Below are positions 56,571-64,000 of a stretch of 64,000 nt of DNA, piece by piece. Each line of letters opens with the position of its first letter. Positions within the stretch are counted from its first letter, which is position 1. Source of the DNA: Bryobacterales bacterium (GTDB taxonomy: Bacteria; Acidobacteriota; Terriglobia; Bryobacterales; Bryobacteraceae); assembly GCA_009697505.1 (NCBI GenBank), contig SHUD01000003.1, forward strand, positions 21,919 through 85,918, read 5' to 3'. The notes beneath the pieces are model-generated. The model was not told where the DNA came from. It worked only from the letters and a program-made list of their open reading frames with translations, and did not search any database. The translations under genes were made by a program, and so were the position numbers.

Positions 56571-57278
56571 CTAGACGCTCACGGCCGCCAGCGTAAACCC
56601 GCGCTCCTGCGCGCGATTGACGGCCACGATTCCCGCCGGCACGATGCGCGCATTGGTGATCAGATTCGCGCCCAACTCCTTGACTACGTCCTCGGCCTTT
56701 TGGCCGGTGGCTTCGGCAATCGACCTGCCGTAAGCGCCCGTGGCCAGTCCGCAGACCGCGAACTGCACGCCCATCTTGGCCAGAGCGTCCAGCGTGGTGC
56801 CGCCGGACAATTGCTCGATGTTCTCGGTGGCGTTGAACAGGTTCAACAATGGCGCCGACTTGGTCTTGGGATCTTCGGCTTTGGAGCGCGGGCCCATGAT
56901 CTTTCCGTACTTCGCCCACATGGCGTCGTTATAGCCGAAGGGTGTGGAGCGATGGCGCGCGATGATCACCACCGCCAGATCGCTGCTCGACAGCCCGTAT
57001 CCGCCCTGGTTCCCGCGGAAGAAATTGTTGGTGAACCGAACGGCATCCGCAAACGGCTCAAACGCCGTGGTGTCCAACACCATGCGGTGCTTGCCCGGGA
57101 TCTGATCGTACCAGTCGTCTTTGTCGTGGCGGGCCGGCTCAAAACGCGAGGCCGAGGCCGGCTTGCTCTGGGCCCGCGCGACTCCGCTGACCGCCAACCC
57201 CGCCAGTGCCGCCATCCCGGCATTCATCGACGTGAGAAAGGAACGCCTCACCGGCGCTGACGAATCTTGTTTGCTCAT
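56571..57278 (-). CDS. Tat-exported protein, possibly DsrE/F-like fold
   Basis: The twin-arginine signal PVRRSFLTSMNAGMAALAGLAVSGVARA is clear. The fold assignment is only a weak impression from FAVCGLATG. Confidence 0.4.
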   Translation of the reverse strand: MSKQDSSAPVRRSFLTSMNAGMAALAGLAVSGVARAQSKPASASRFEPARHDKDDWYDQIPGKHRMVLDTTAFEPFADAVRFTNNFFRGNQGGYGLSSSDLAVVIIARHRSTPFGYNDAMWAKYGKIMGPRSKAEDPKTKSAPLLNLFNATENIEQLSGGTTLDALAKMGVQFAVCGLATGAYGRSIAEATGQKAEDVVKELGANLITNARIVPAGIVAVNRAQERGFTLAAVSV

Positions 57279-57366
57279 GTGTACCTCGCTTTTGGCTAAA
57301 CTCCGGAAATCACGATCATCTTATCATACGATGAACGGCGCGGCGACCGGCGTCATGACCGGCCCC

Positions 57367-58329
57367 CTACTTGGCGCCCTTCTGCAACTTTTTATAAAAC
57401 GCCTCAATCGGCCCATAGGGGCCGAAGCGGTGCTGGTTGAGCGGGAAAGGATCGGCGAACGGGCCGTAGGCGTTATCGACAGGCTTGGCCTCCCGCTTGG
57501 GATAGTCCTGGTCGAGGTTGGCCATCTCGGGGCGCGGCTGCGAGTTGATGTAGGCGGCCACATCGAAAGTCTGGTCATCGTTCAGGTCCGGGCTGCCCAG
57601 CGGCATGCGCGCCTTGATGAAGCGCGCGGCGGTGAGCACGCGGTGCATGCCCGCGCCGTCATTGAAGCTATCGGGTCCCCATAGCGGCGGGAACACGTAG
57701 CCGCGTTTGGGATCGGCATTGGCGCGCAGACCCAGTCCGTCGGCTCCGTGACAAGCGGCGCATTTTTCGGAGAAGACTTTCTTGCCCGCGTTCAGGTCGG
57801 CGGCCCGGCTGGGAGTCTTGAACGCTGCGGGCTCGTGCGCCATCCGCTGCGCGGCGCCCATGGCTTTGTTGTAGCCGTCCAAAGAGCGAAGGTAAGCCGC
57901 CATCGCCATCATTTCCGGGCCGTCTTTCGGCAGAGGCTTGCCGTTCATGCTGCGCGTCAGGCATTCGTTGATGCGGTCCTCGACGTCGGTCTTGGCACCA
58001 ACACGCGGGGAAACGCGCGGAAAGTGTTCCTTGGTGAGCAGGAGCGTGAGCGTACCGGGCTCGGTTCCGGCGCCCAGGTGGCAGGACGCGCAGGCCATCC
58101 GGCTCCCCGAATAGCGCTTGCCGGGATCGGCGACATCCGGGCCCAGCAGTTCCGAGGTTTGCATGATCAGACGCCGGCCGTATTCTTCGGTGGCGATACT
58201 GGGCGGCGCGGATTTATCCTGACGGAGAACCGTGGGCGACAATCCCAGTGTTGCGGCCACGGTGACTGCGCCAATGGCGCAGCAGGCCACGACGATGGCG
58301 AGCATGCTTCCTTTCTCGCTGGGTTTCAT
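57367..58329 (-). CDS. Diheme c-type cytochrome, TsdA (thiosulfate dehydrogenase)-like
   Basis: Heme motifs CASCH and CAACH. A conserved Cys lies 39 residues after the first heme His (RINECLTRSMNG), and FPPLWGPDSFNDGAGM is present. Confidence 0.65.
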   Translation of the reverse strand: MKPSEKGSMLAIVVACCAIGAVTVAATLGLSPTVLRQDKSAPPSIATEEYGRRLIMQTSELLGPDVADPGKRYSGSRMACASCHLGAGTEPGTLTLLLTKEHFPRVSPRVGAKTDVEDRINECLTRSMNGKPLPKDGPEMMAMAAYLRSLDGYNKAMGAAQRMAHEPAAFKTPSRAADLNAGKKVFSEKCAACHGADGLGLRANADPKRGYVFPPLWGPDSFNDGAGMHRVLTAARFIKARMPLGSPDLNDDQTFDVAAYINSQPRPEMANLDQDYPKREAKPVDNAYGPFADPFPLNQHRFGPYGPIEAFYKKLQKGAK

Positions 58330-58493
58330 CGGCGTCCTCCTCTCTTCAGCATCTGTTCATAGTCTTGCACATCCGCCTGAAAACGATGCTTAGGCTTTTC
58401 GAGCCACATCCGCAAGCGCGGGCTGAGTAGCCAGGCCAAGAAAAAGATGGCGGCAAACCCGAGAGCCGAGAATACGATGAGATTTTCGATCAC
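58326..58493 (-). CDS. Small single-TM protein (CcoQ-like position)
   Basis: GTG 58493 overlaps the upstream TGA (GTGA). Its own TGA overlaps the downstream ATG (ATGA). The protein starts VIENLIVFSALGFAAIFFLAWLLSP. Confidence 0.4.
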   Translation of the reverse strand: MIENLIVFSALGFAAIFFLAWLLSPRLRMWLEKPKHRFQADVQDYEQMLKRGGRR

Positions 58494-59701
58494 CTTGGTT
58501 CTCCTTGGTAGAACCCACGGACATAGTAGGCGACCGCGGAGAGTTCCGCCTCGCTCAACCGGCCCGTCCACACGGCCATCTGTGTTCCCTCGATTCCATT
58601 GCGCAACACGCGGATACTTTGCGCCAGGGTGGGGCGCACGCCTTGCAGATTGGCGGGAACGATACGCAGTTCAGGGACAGCCGAGCCATCGCCGCCTCCG
58701 TTCATGCCGTGGCACTGGGCACAGTTATCTCGATACACGCGCGCGCCGAGTTCCAGAGTCGCCGGAGGAATGCCGGGCTCCGGTTGACCCACGGATAGCT
58801 CGCGGAGGGCGGCGGCCACCGCGGCGCGGTCGTCCAGAGACCAATCCCGCCAGGCGGGCATGGCCGTGCCGGCGACTCCATTTTCGAGAACGAAGCTCAG
58901 GCGCGCCGGTGAATATTGATGCTCGCTCAGATCCGCTGGGAGCGGACGCAGCGATCCGGCGGCGCCGTCGCCATGACCCCGCGGTCCGTGGCAGCTTGCG
59001 CAGTTGTGCTGATACAGTTCGCGGCCGCGCACGATGTCGCCATTGCCAGGAAGCGCCGGCGTGGGCCCTTCGCGGCGGGCCTTCCCCGCGTTGGCATTGA
59101 TCACGGCCGAGTGAAACGCCATCTGCGGCATTTCGTCATCGGGACAATTGCAGCCTTTGCGGGCGCGGGCTTCGCCTTCCGGGCCGGCCAGTTCGCGAGC
59201 GCGGCCCAGGGAGTCGAGATAGCTGACCAGGTCCCTGGCTTCCTGCGTGGGTTGGTCCGGCGCGCCATTGAACAGCGCCCGATAAGTAGGCATCACGGAA
59301 TCCGCCACCACACTGCGCGGTGAGTAGAGATGCGCGAAGTGCCAGTCCGCCGGGTGGGTCTGGTATTGCCGCGAGAGGTCCGGACCGATGCGCCGCGTGC
59401 CCCACAAATGCGGGTAATCCAGGCGCGTCTCCCAGGCCAGCGTCGGCGCGCCGAAACGTTTCATGTCGGCTTCGGTAAAGCGGACCTGCTGGGTGTGGCA
59501 GTACGCGCAGCCTTCGCGGGCATAGATGGCGCGTCCACGCATCTCGCTGCGCGTGAGGCCCAAGGGATTCTCGGGCGCCATATTGCGGCTCTGTTCCTGA
59601 AGCACGCGCGCGGGCCAGACCCCCAGCAGCGTCACCGACAGAACGAAGAATAAGACGCCCGCCACTGATGCGACGATGTAGGACATGCGGAGCGCTCTCA
59701 T
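58490..59701 (-). CDS. ccoO: cbb3-type oxidase subunit II (CcoO) fused to a C-terminal diheme cytochrome c (CcoP-like)
   Basis: ATG 59701 overlaps the ccoN stop (ATGA). CcoO blocks EGCAYCHTQQVR and WGTRRIGPDLSR are followed by CASCHGPRGHGDG and CAQCHGMNGGGDG. Confidence 0.8.
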   Translation of the reverse strand: MRALRMSYIVASVAGVLFFVLSVTLLGVWPARVLQEQSRNMAPENPLGLTRSEMRGRAIYAREGCAYCHTQQVRFTEADMKRFGAPTLAWETRLDYPHLWGTRRIGPDLSRQYQTHPADWHFAHLYSPRSVVADSVMPTYRALFNGAPDQPTQEARDLVSYLDSLGRARELAGPEGEARARKGCNCPDDEMPQMAFHSAVINANAGKARREGPTPALPGNGDIVRGRELYQHNCASCHGPRGHGDGAAGSLRPLPADLSEHQYSPARLSFVLENGVAGTAMPAWRDWSLDDRAAVAAALRELSVGQPEPGIPPATLELGARVYRDNCAQCHGMNGGGDGSAVPELRIVPANLQGVRPTLAQSIRVLRNGIEGTQMAVWTGRLSEAELSAVAYYVRGFYQGEPR

Positions 59702-61086
59702 GAGGCCTCCGCCAGGCGCGGTGAGACATGCTCCACCGGCTCCAGGCCGATCGCGGTTTCGATTTCCGCCAGTCCCGCGCCGCGAGGACCGGTCACGAGG
59801 CCGATCAGGAAGGCAATGAAACCCGCAAACAACGGGATAGCTGACAGTACGCGCACCAGCCAGTGGAGTTGGGCGGCGCGCACGGATTCGAGCCACGGAG
59901 CGCCGGATTGCCACAGACGCGCTTCCGCGAGACCGGCAAGCGTCAAGTGCGGAACCATGAGCAGCACGCCGGTCACCAGCAGCCAGTACGACCACGTCAT
60001 CGCGCGCCGGTTATAGCGCGCCCAGGGAATCCGCTGCCAGGCGTGGGCGATCCCACCTGCCGCCGCAAACGTCGCAAAGCCGAGCATGGCCAGGTGCGAA
60101 TGTCCGATCACCCAATCGGAGAAATGCACGGCGCGATTGATGGCCATCTGCGCCTGCAACGACCCTTGGATGCTGACCAGCAAATAGAAAACGGTTCCCG
60201 TGGCGACAAAGCGCAAGGGTATATCGCGGGCCAGATATCCGCTGCCGCGCAGCGACAGCAATAGATTGGTCACCACCAGAATCACGTCCAGGCCCAGCAG
60301 AGCCGACGCGGTGATGGCTCCGATCTGCGCGCTCATGGGGATCACGGAATACACATAATGATGCGTGCCGTTGAGCGGGTAGAGAAAAAACAGCAGCCAG
60401 AAGCCCAGCATCGAAAGAAAGTGGCTGTAAATGGGCCGCCGCGAGGCCGCCGGAATCACGTAATAAATGATGGCCAGCGCCAAAGGCGTTACGTATAGAC
60501 CGACCGCGTCGTGAATCCACAGGCCACTGAAAGCCGCGCCCTGCGCGCCCGGCAGGAACTCCGGTACCAGATTGCCCATCGGATAAGCGAACAGCGTGAA
60601 GATCAGTCCACCGAGGACGTACCAGCTCGACACGTAGAGATCCTCGAGCCCTTTCGTGAAGAAGGCCGGCAGAAACTGGATGGCGGCCAGCAGCAGCGCC
60701 AGGATGACGAAGGCGTCCGTGACCAGCGGGAATTCGGCCCATTCCAGAGGTTGACTGAAGCCGGCGAGCACCAGGAGCCATCCGGGAATCACCACGGCGA
60801 AATTCCACAGGCCGAACAGCCACTGGCCGAGGCGGGCGCTCAACACGGGGCGTCCCGTCAGAACCGGAACAGCGTGATACAGGAACGCCAGGAAGGCGTT
60901 GGTCAACCAGCCGAACAGAATCCCCTGTGTGTGGTCATAGCGCAGGCGGCCCCAAGTCATCCAGGAAACACCCGCGCCGAGGTCCGGCAGCAGCAGTTGG
61001 GTACCCGCCAACAAGCCGAACGTCATGGAGACGAACAGCATGAGAACCGCAGCCAGGCCGTGCGCATACACGAGCCCGGTTTCCAC
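59698..61086 (-). CDS. ccoN: cbb3-type cytochrome c oxidase subunit I
   Basis: About 12 TM, GRLRYDHT and GTHHY blocks. The start is uncertain (GTG 61086, TTG 61116 or TTG 61152) and all candidates lie inside the 82 bp repeat. Confidence 0.85.
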   Translation of the reverse strand: METGLVYAHGLAAVLMLFVSMTFGLLAGTQLLLPDLGAGVSWMTWGRLRYDHTQGILFGWLTNAFLAFLYHAVPVLTGRPVLSARLGQWLFGLWNFAVVIPGWLLVLAGFSQPLEWAEFPLVTDAFVILALLLAAIQFLPAFFTKGLEDLYVSSWYVLGGLIFTLFAYPMGNLVPEFLPGAQGAAFSGLWIHDAVGLYVTPLALAIIYYVIPAASRRPIYSHFLSMLGFWLLFFLYPLNGTHHYVYSVIPMSAQIGAITASALLGLDVILVVTNLLLSLRGSGYLARDIPLRFVATGTVFYLLVSIQGSLQAQMAINRAVHFSDWVIGHSHLAMLGFATFAAAGGIAHAWQRIPWARYNRRAMTWSYWLLVTGVLLMVPHLTLAGLAEARLWQSGAPWLESVRAAQLHWLVRVLSAIPLFAGFIAFLIGLVTGPRGAGLAEIETAIGLEPVEHVSPRLAEAS

Positions 61087-61157
61087 TTGCGGCGATGCTG
61101 GACGAGAGAGAGGCAAGCGAATATACTTGCATGGCGGACTGCCGCCGCGCAATCCCC
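61076..61157 (+). repeat. Direct repeat copy A (82 bp) bounding the island
   Basis: CCGGTTTCCAC...GGCGATGCTGGACG.GAG.GAGGCAAGCGAATATACT.GCATGG...GCAATCCCC, repeated at 63281-63359. It contains TGGACG-N17-TATACT on the plus strand. Confidence 0.75.
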
Positions 61158-61295
61158 AGGGTTGAAAGGCCCGCCGTTTACTGGATCGGGCCTGCGGTCA
61201 GAGCCTCAACAAGATCAGTCGAACTAAATGTGGTAGTGTGCATTCTTACGGGGCGGCTGCACTGTCATGCCCATACTTCAAGTTCGGAGTCTTCT

Positions 61296-62036
61296 ATGGC
61301 AACGCCCCTCACGCTCAACGTCAAAGATGTCCTTTCGTTTTTCGACCACATCTCTCCCATAAGTAACGGCCACGTGTCGGCAGTCGTCGGCGTGGTGGGA
61401 GAGGATCTTGGGATCGCACTACTTCAGCGTTGCTTGCGGCACCAGCATGGCATTGTGAGCCGGGTTATTACGAAGGGCGGAATGCCGATAACGCCTACGA
61501 ACGGGACTGGCAAAGGCCACCGGCTTGATAGATGGCTCCTTGCGGACGCCTCAGACGACCACAAACGAACGGTTTATCAAGTTGAAGTGAAGAACTGGTC
61601 AGCGACGGCTATTGGAGGCAAGGAGCTTCGAGTGGACGCCCCTGATTCTACCGTGCGGAGCTTCCGCAAAGAGCGATGGCTCTCGCATTGGGATGCGGAC
61701 CAAGGCCGCTTTCGTTACGAGATTGTCGGGAAAGTACTCGACAGAATGAAACTCCCGGCGCAAATGGACGATGTGAGCGGGAAACTCACGGCGATCTCAC
61801 CGCCGTTCCAGCAAGCCGAGGTTGAGCCGCTGGTCTGTTTCTGGTGGGCGACGCACCATAGCGGGGAGGATGAATCCCTCTTCCGGTACCCCTTGGTACA
61901 TCCAGTAAACGGGTTCATGGGGTTTTGGGTATTCTCAATGTCCAACTATCTTCGTTCGATCCAAGACACGGAAATCGAGTTGGAAATGCCATCAGCGGCA
62001 CGGCGAATTCAATGGCTGAACCAACTGTTCAAATGA
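61296..62036 (+). CDS. Hypothetical protein with a candidate PD-(D/E)xK nuclease core
   Basis: ATG 61296 follows GGAG. The core residues are E36 (VGEDLG), D78 (HRLDRWLL) and E97-V-K99 (VYQVEVKNW), in an alpha-beta-beta-beta-like order. GC is lower than in neighbouring genes. Confidence 0.45.
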   Translation: MATPLTLNVKDVLSFFDHISPISNGHVSAVVGVVGEDLGIALLQRCLRHQHGIVSRVITKGGMPITPTNGTGKGHRLDRWLLADASDDHKRTVYQVEVKNWSATAIGGKELRVDAPDSTVRSFRKERWLSHWDADQGRFRYEIVGKVLDRMKLPAQMDDVSGKLTAISPPFQQAEVEPLVCFWWATHHSGEDESLFRYPLVHPVNGFMGFWVFSMSNYLRSIQDTEIELEMPSAARRIQWLNQLFK

Positions 62037-62165
62037 TATCCAGCGGACCCAGCGCCGCCGAACCCACTGAGACCGTGCAAATACGACGGAACACAATCCT
62101 ACGATGACCCGTCTCGTTGTGGGACAAAGGATCGTCAAGCCCCCGCGAAAAACGCTCAACGGCGG

Positions 62166-63031
62166 TTAGTGCCCGCCCTCATAGCGGTGATCGCAAGAGT
62201 GGCATTTTTCCGCGGCTTCCTGGGTCCAATACACGTGCCGGACAATCTTCGCGCCGCTGCGCGTGTAAGACTCATACGTCGAACTGCGTCCATTGTTGGA
62301 CTGGCTGATCAGAGTGCCCCAGTTATTGGGAGCATCGCCGGCATCTTCAGCGTCCTCGGCATCGCCGGCAGATCCGGCCGCGTTGGGTTTGGTTGTGGAG
62401 GTGGTGGAAACCGTGCTGATGGAGTCCAGGTGAGCGTAGATGATGTTCAACTCTTCGAAGTCAGGGCGTTCGGCTGCGTACTCTCGGGGCTCGTGGAGTA
62501 ATCCATGCAAGTGTTTTGCGAAGTGCCATCGACGGACTGGTGGTCCAGTCCAAACGTATGGGCGATCTCCTGGCACATCACATGCTGCCTCTCATTGGCA
62601 TTGTTGTAGGCGTCGGTGTTGAAGTAGGTGTTGTTCATCTTGGCCGTGCCTCTGGTGATGTGAACGCCACCGGTGATATAGATCGTCGCCAGGCCGAGCC
62701 AACCATTATTTCCGTATGTGGAGTCGCACACCTGAGTGGTCCCCGCGATCGCCGCGCAGCGCCTGGGGTTTGTGCTGCCGGCGACAATCGCGGTCAGTAC
62801 CGGTGTAGTCGTGCCGGCCGGCTGGCTGTTCCAATCTAAAGAAGCATTGGCAAGATACGTCTGCCAGCCGACTGACAGATTTTTTCCCAATTTCAAAGTG
62901 AATGGGTTCGCCGTACGCGCCCAGTGGAAACCGGCCCAGGAGTGCGAGGCCGATATATTGTCCACCAGCATGCCCATCCCTACCAGGGCGGCAACAGAAA
63001 ACATCAGAAGGCGTTGACGAGTGCGCGTCAT
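62166..63031 (-). pseudogene. Secreted zincin-like metalloprotease interrupted by a -1 frameshift
   Basis: Signal MTRTRQRLLMFSVAALVGMGML, then HVMCQEIAHTFGLDH followed by CMDYS (Met-turn-like). The frame breaks at the GGG run 62464-62466. The second frame continues PDFEELNIIYAHLDS... to 62166. The span is 866 nt. Confidence 0.55.
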
Positions 63032-63280
63032 GTTCAGGCTCCTCAGCAGGCAGTTCTCAAAATAGCTCAGCGATGGGCGCAGCTACCTGCCCATCAATTA
63101 TATCGGTAGTCGGCAATGTTTCAAAGACGTTCTTAGGGCGAAAAGATATCTGGAAAGTACTGCTAACGGTACCCAGCCGGCACCCTCCGCCGCCAACAAC
63201 GGCCGCCGGGCAACTCGAATCCTTCGACGGGCTGTCCTACCTGGCCTCGCTTGACTAAGGAATACCCGGCCGGGGGGCCG

Positions 63281-63359
63281 CCGGTTTCCACCGTTGGCGA
63301 TGCTGGACGCGAGGGAGGCAAGCGAATATACTAGCATGGGCGGCTGGTGTGCAATCCCC
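63281..63359 (+). repeat. Direct repeat copy B (79 bp)
   Basis: See copy A; about 85% identical by eye, with small indels. TGGACG (63304-63309)-N17-TATACT (63327-63332) lies about 60 nt upstream of TTG 63396. Confidence 0.75.
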
Positions 63360-63395
63360 TGATTTTGGGAGTATCTTGGCTAGAAGGAGGTCATT

Positions 63396-64000
63396 TTGCG
63401 TGCGAACACGGTGAAGCGAGGATACCGCCCGTTCCGGGCGCCGGCTCTCTGCGCGCTAGCCCTCAGCCTGGCGGCGTGGTTGTGCCTGGCGGATGAGCCG
63501 CAGTCGGCTAGCTCGGCTGCCAACACCGCGTTCACCAGTTCGGTCCAGCCGGTTCTCGCCAAGAACTGCACCGGGTGTCATAACGCGAAGTTGAAAACCG
63601 GCGGGCTCAATCTGGAAGCCTTTGCCAACGCAGCTCCGTCAGCGCAGGACCGCGACACATTCGAAAAGGTCCTGCACAAGCTGGAAGCCGGTGAGATGCC
63701 GCCCAAGGGCCAGCCGCGGCCGAGCGATGCGGAATTAAACACGGTGACAAAGTGGATCCAGACCCGCTTTGGACTCGCGGCGCGCGCAACGGTCGCTGGC
63801 ACGGGACCCGTGAAGGTCCGGCGGTTAAACCGTATTGAGTACAACAACACCCTCCGCGACCTGCTGGGAATCGACGTGCAGCCGGCCAACGATTTTCCCC
63901 AAGACGATTCGGCGTACGGCTTCGACAATATCGCACAGGCGCTCTCGGTATCTCCGTTGCTCATGGAAAAATATCTGGCTTCGGCGGAGCGGATAGCACG
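63396..64000 (+). CDS. PSCyt/DUF1587-family protein (planctomycete-cytochrome-c-like N-terminus), 3' end outside window
   Basis: Not in the ORF track because there is no stop in the window. AAGGAGG (63384-63390) precedes TTG 63396. It has a signal-like N-terminus, FTSSVQPVLAKNCTGCHNAKLKTGGLNLE and VRRLNRIEYNNTLRDLLG. Confidence 0.8.
   Translation, partial: MRANTVKRGYRPFRAPALCALALSLAAWLCLADEPQSASSAANTAFTSSVQPVLAKNCTGCHNAKLKTGGLNLEAFANAAPSAQDRDTFEKVLHKLEAGEMPPKGQPRPSDAELNTVTKWIQTRFGLAARATVAGTGPVKVRRLNRIEYNNTLRDLLGIDVQPANDFPQDDSAYGFDNIAQALSVSPLLMEKYLASAERIA

Noticed and set aside
60935-61132. 65 aa ORF (and its twin at 63098..63337) beginning M.VYSLASL.SSIA
   Set aside because: The similarity of the two products is a by-product of the ~80 bp direct repeat, and both run into unrelated sequence. 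They are not a gene family.
1-64000. Search for tRNA, rRNA, tmRNA, transposase, integrase or phage genes
   Set aside because: No cloverleaf-like intergenic sequence and no DDE, tyrosine- or serine-recombinase motifs were seen by eye in any intergenic region or ORF. A tRNAscan/Infernal/ISfinder run would be needed to be definitive.

Overview
High-GC chromosomal segment (roughly 60-65% GC by eye, not computed), about 65 genes. The gene content looks like Acidobacteria: a TIGR03436-type VWFA protein, an S55 SpoIVB-like peptidase, a DUF1800/DUF1501 pair, a PSCyt/DUF1587 protein and a GldG/DUF4340 ABC cluster. Most of the window is housekeeping or metabolism: clpC (3' part), acyl-CoA carboxylase beta, a form-II coxSLMG cluster, clpP, lysS, a LolC/E-type permease, PiT with a PhoU-like partner, pncB/pncA, and a cbb3 oxidase. 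I found no rRNA, tRNA, CRISPR array, transposase or integrase. Accessory and unusual content falls into six groups. (1) A ~2.1 kb lower-GC island (61158-63280) is bracketed by ~80 bp direct repeats that duplicate the ccoN start and promoter region. It carries a candidate PD-(D/E)xK nuclease and a frameshifted secreted metalloprotease. (2) A minus-strand operon translationally couples ccoN, a ccoO-diheme-c fusion, a small TM protein and a TsdA-like diheme cytochrome, followed by a Tat-exported protein and a DUF442 phosphatase-like protein. This suggests a sulfur-oxidation module attached to a terminal oxidase. (3) A toxin-antitoxin rich patch (26.6-30.0 kb) contains a frameshifted UPF0175 antitoxin next to an intact PIN toxin, two convergent ParE/RelE remnants, and a bactofilin/methyltransferase-like pair. 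ParDE and Phd-VapC modules with recognisable operators lie elsewhere. (4) Several gene relics are present: DegP, KBL/BioF, a cupin C-terminus and a four-helix-bundle protein. (5) A four-helix-bundle (23S IVS-type) gene fragment is flanked by AGGAGTC heptamer inverted repeats downstream of lysS. (6) Two genes contain internal tandem duplications: 4 x 282 bp Fn3 repeats fused to DUF1800, and a 2 x 396 bp bicupin. Long antisense ORFs in the track are treated as high-GC artefacts. All family assignments come from motif recognition by eye and need profile searches to confirm.
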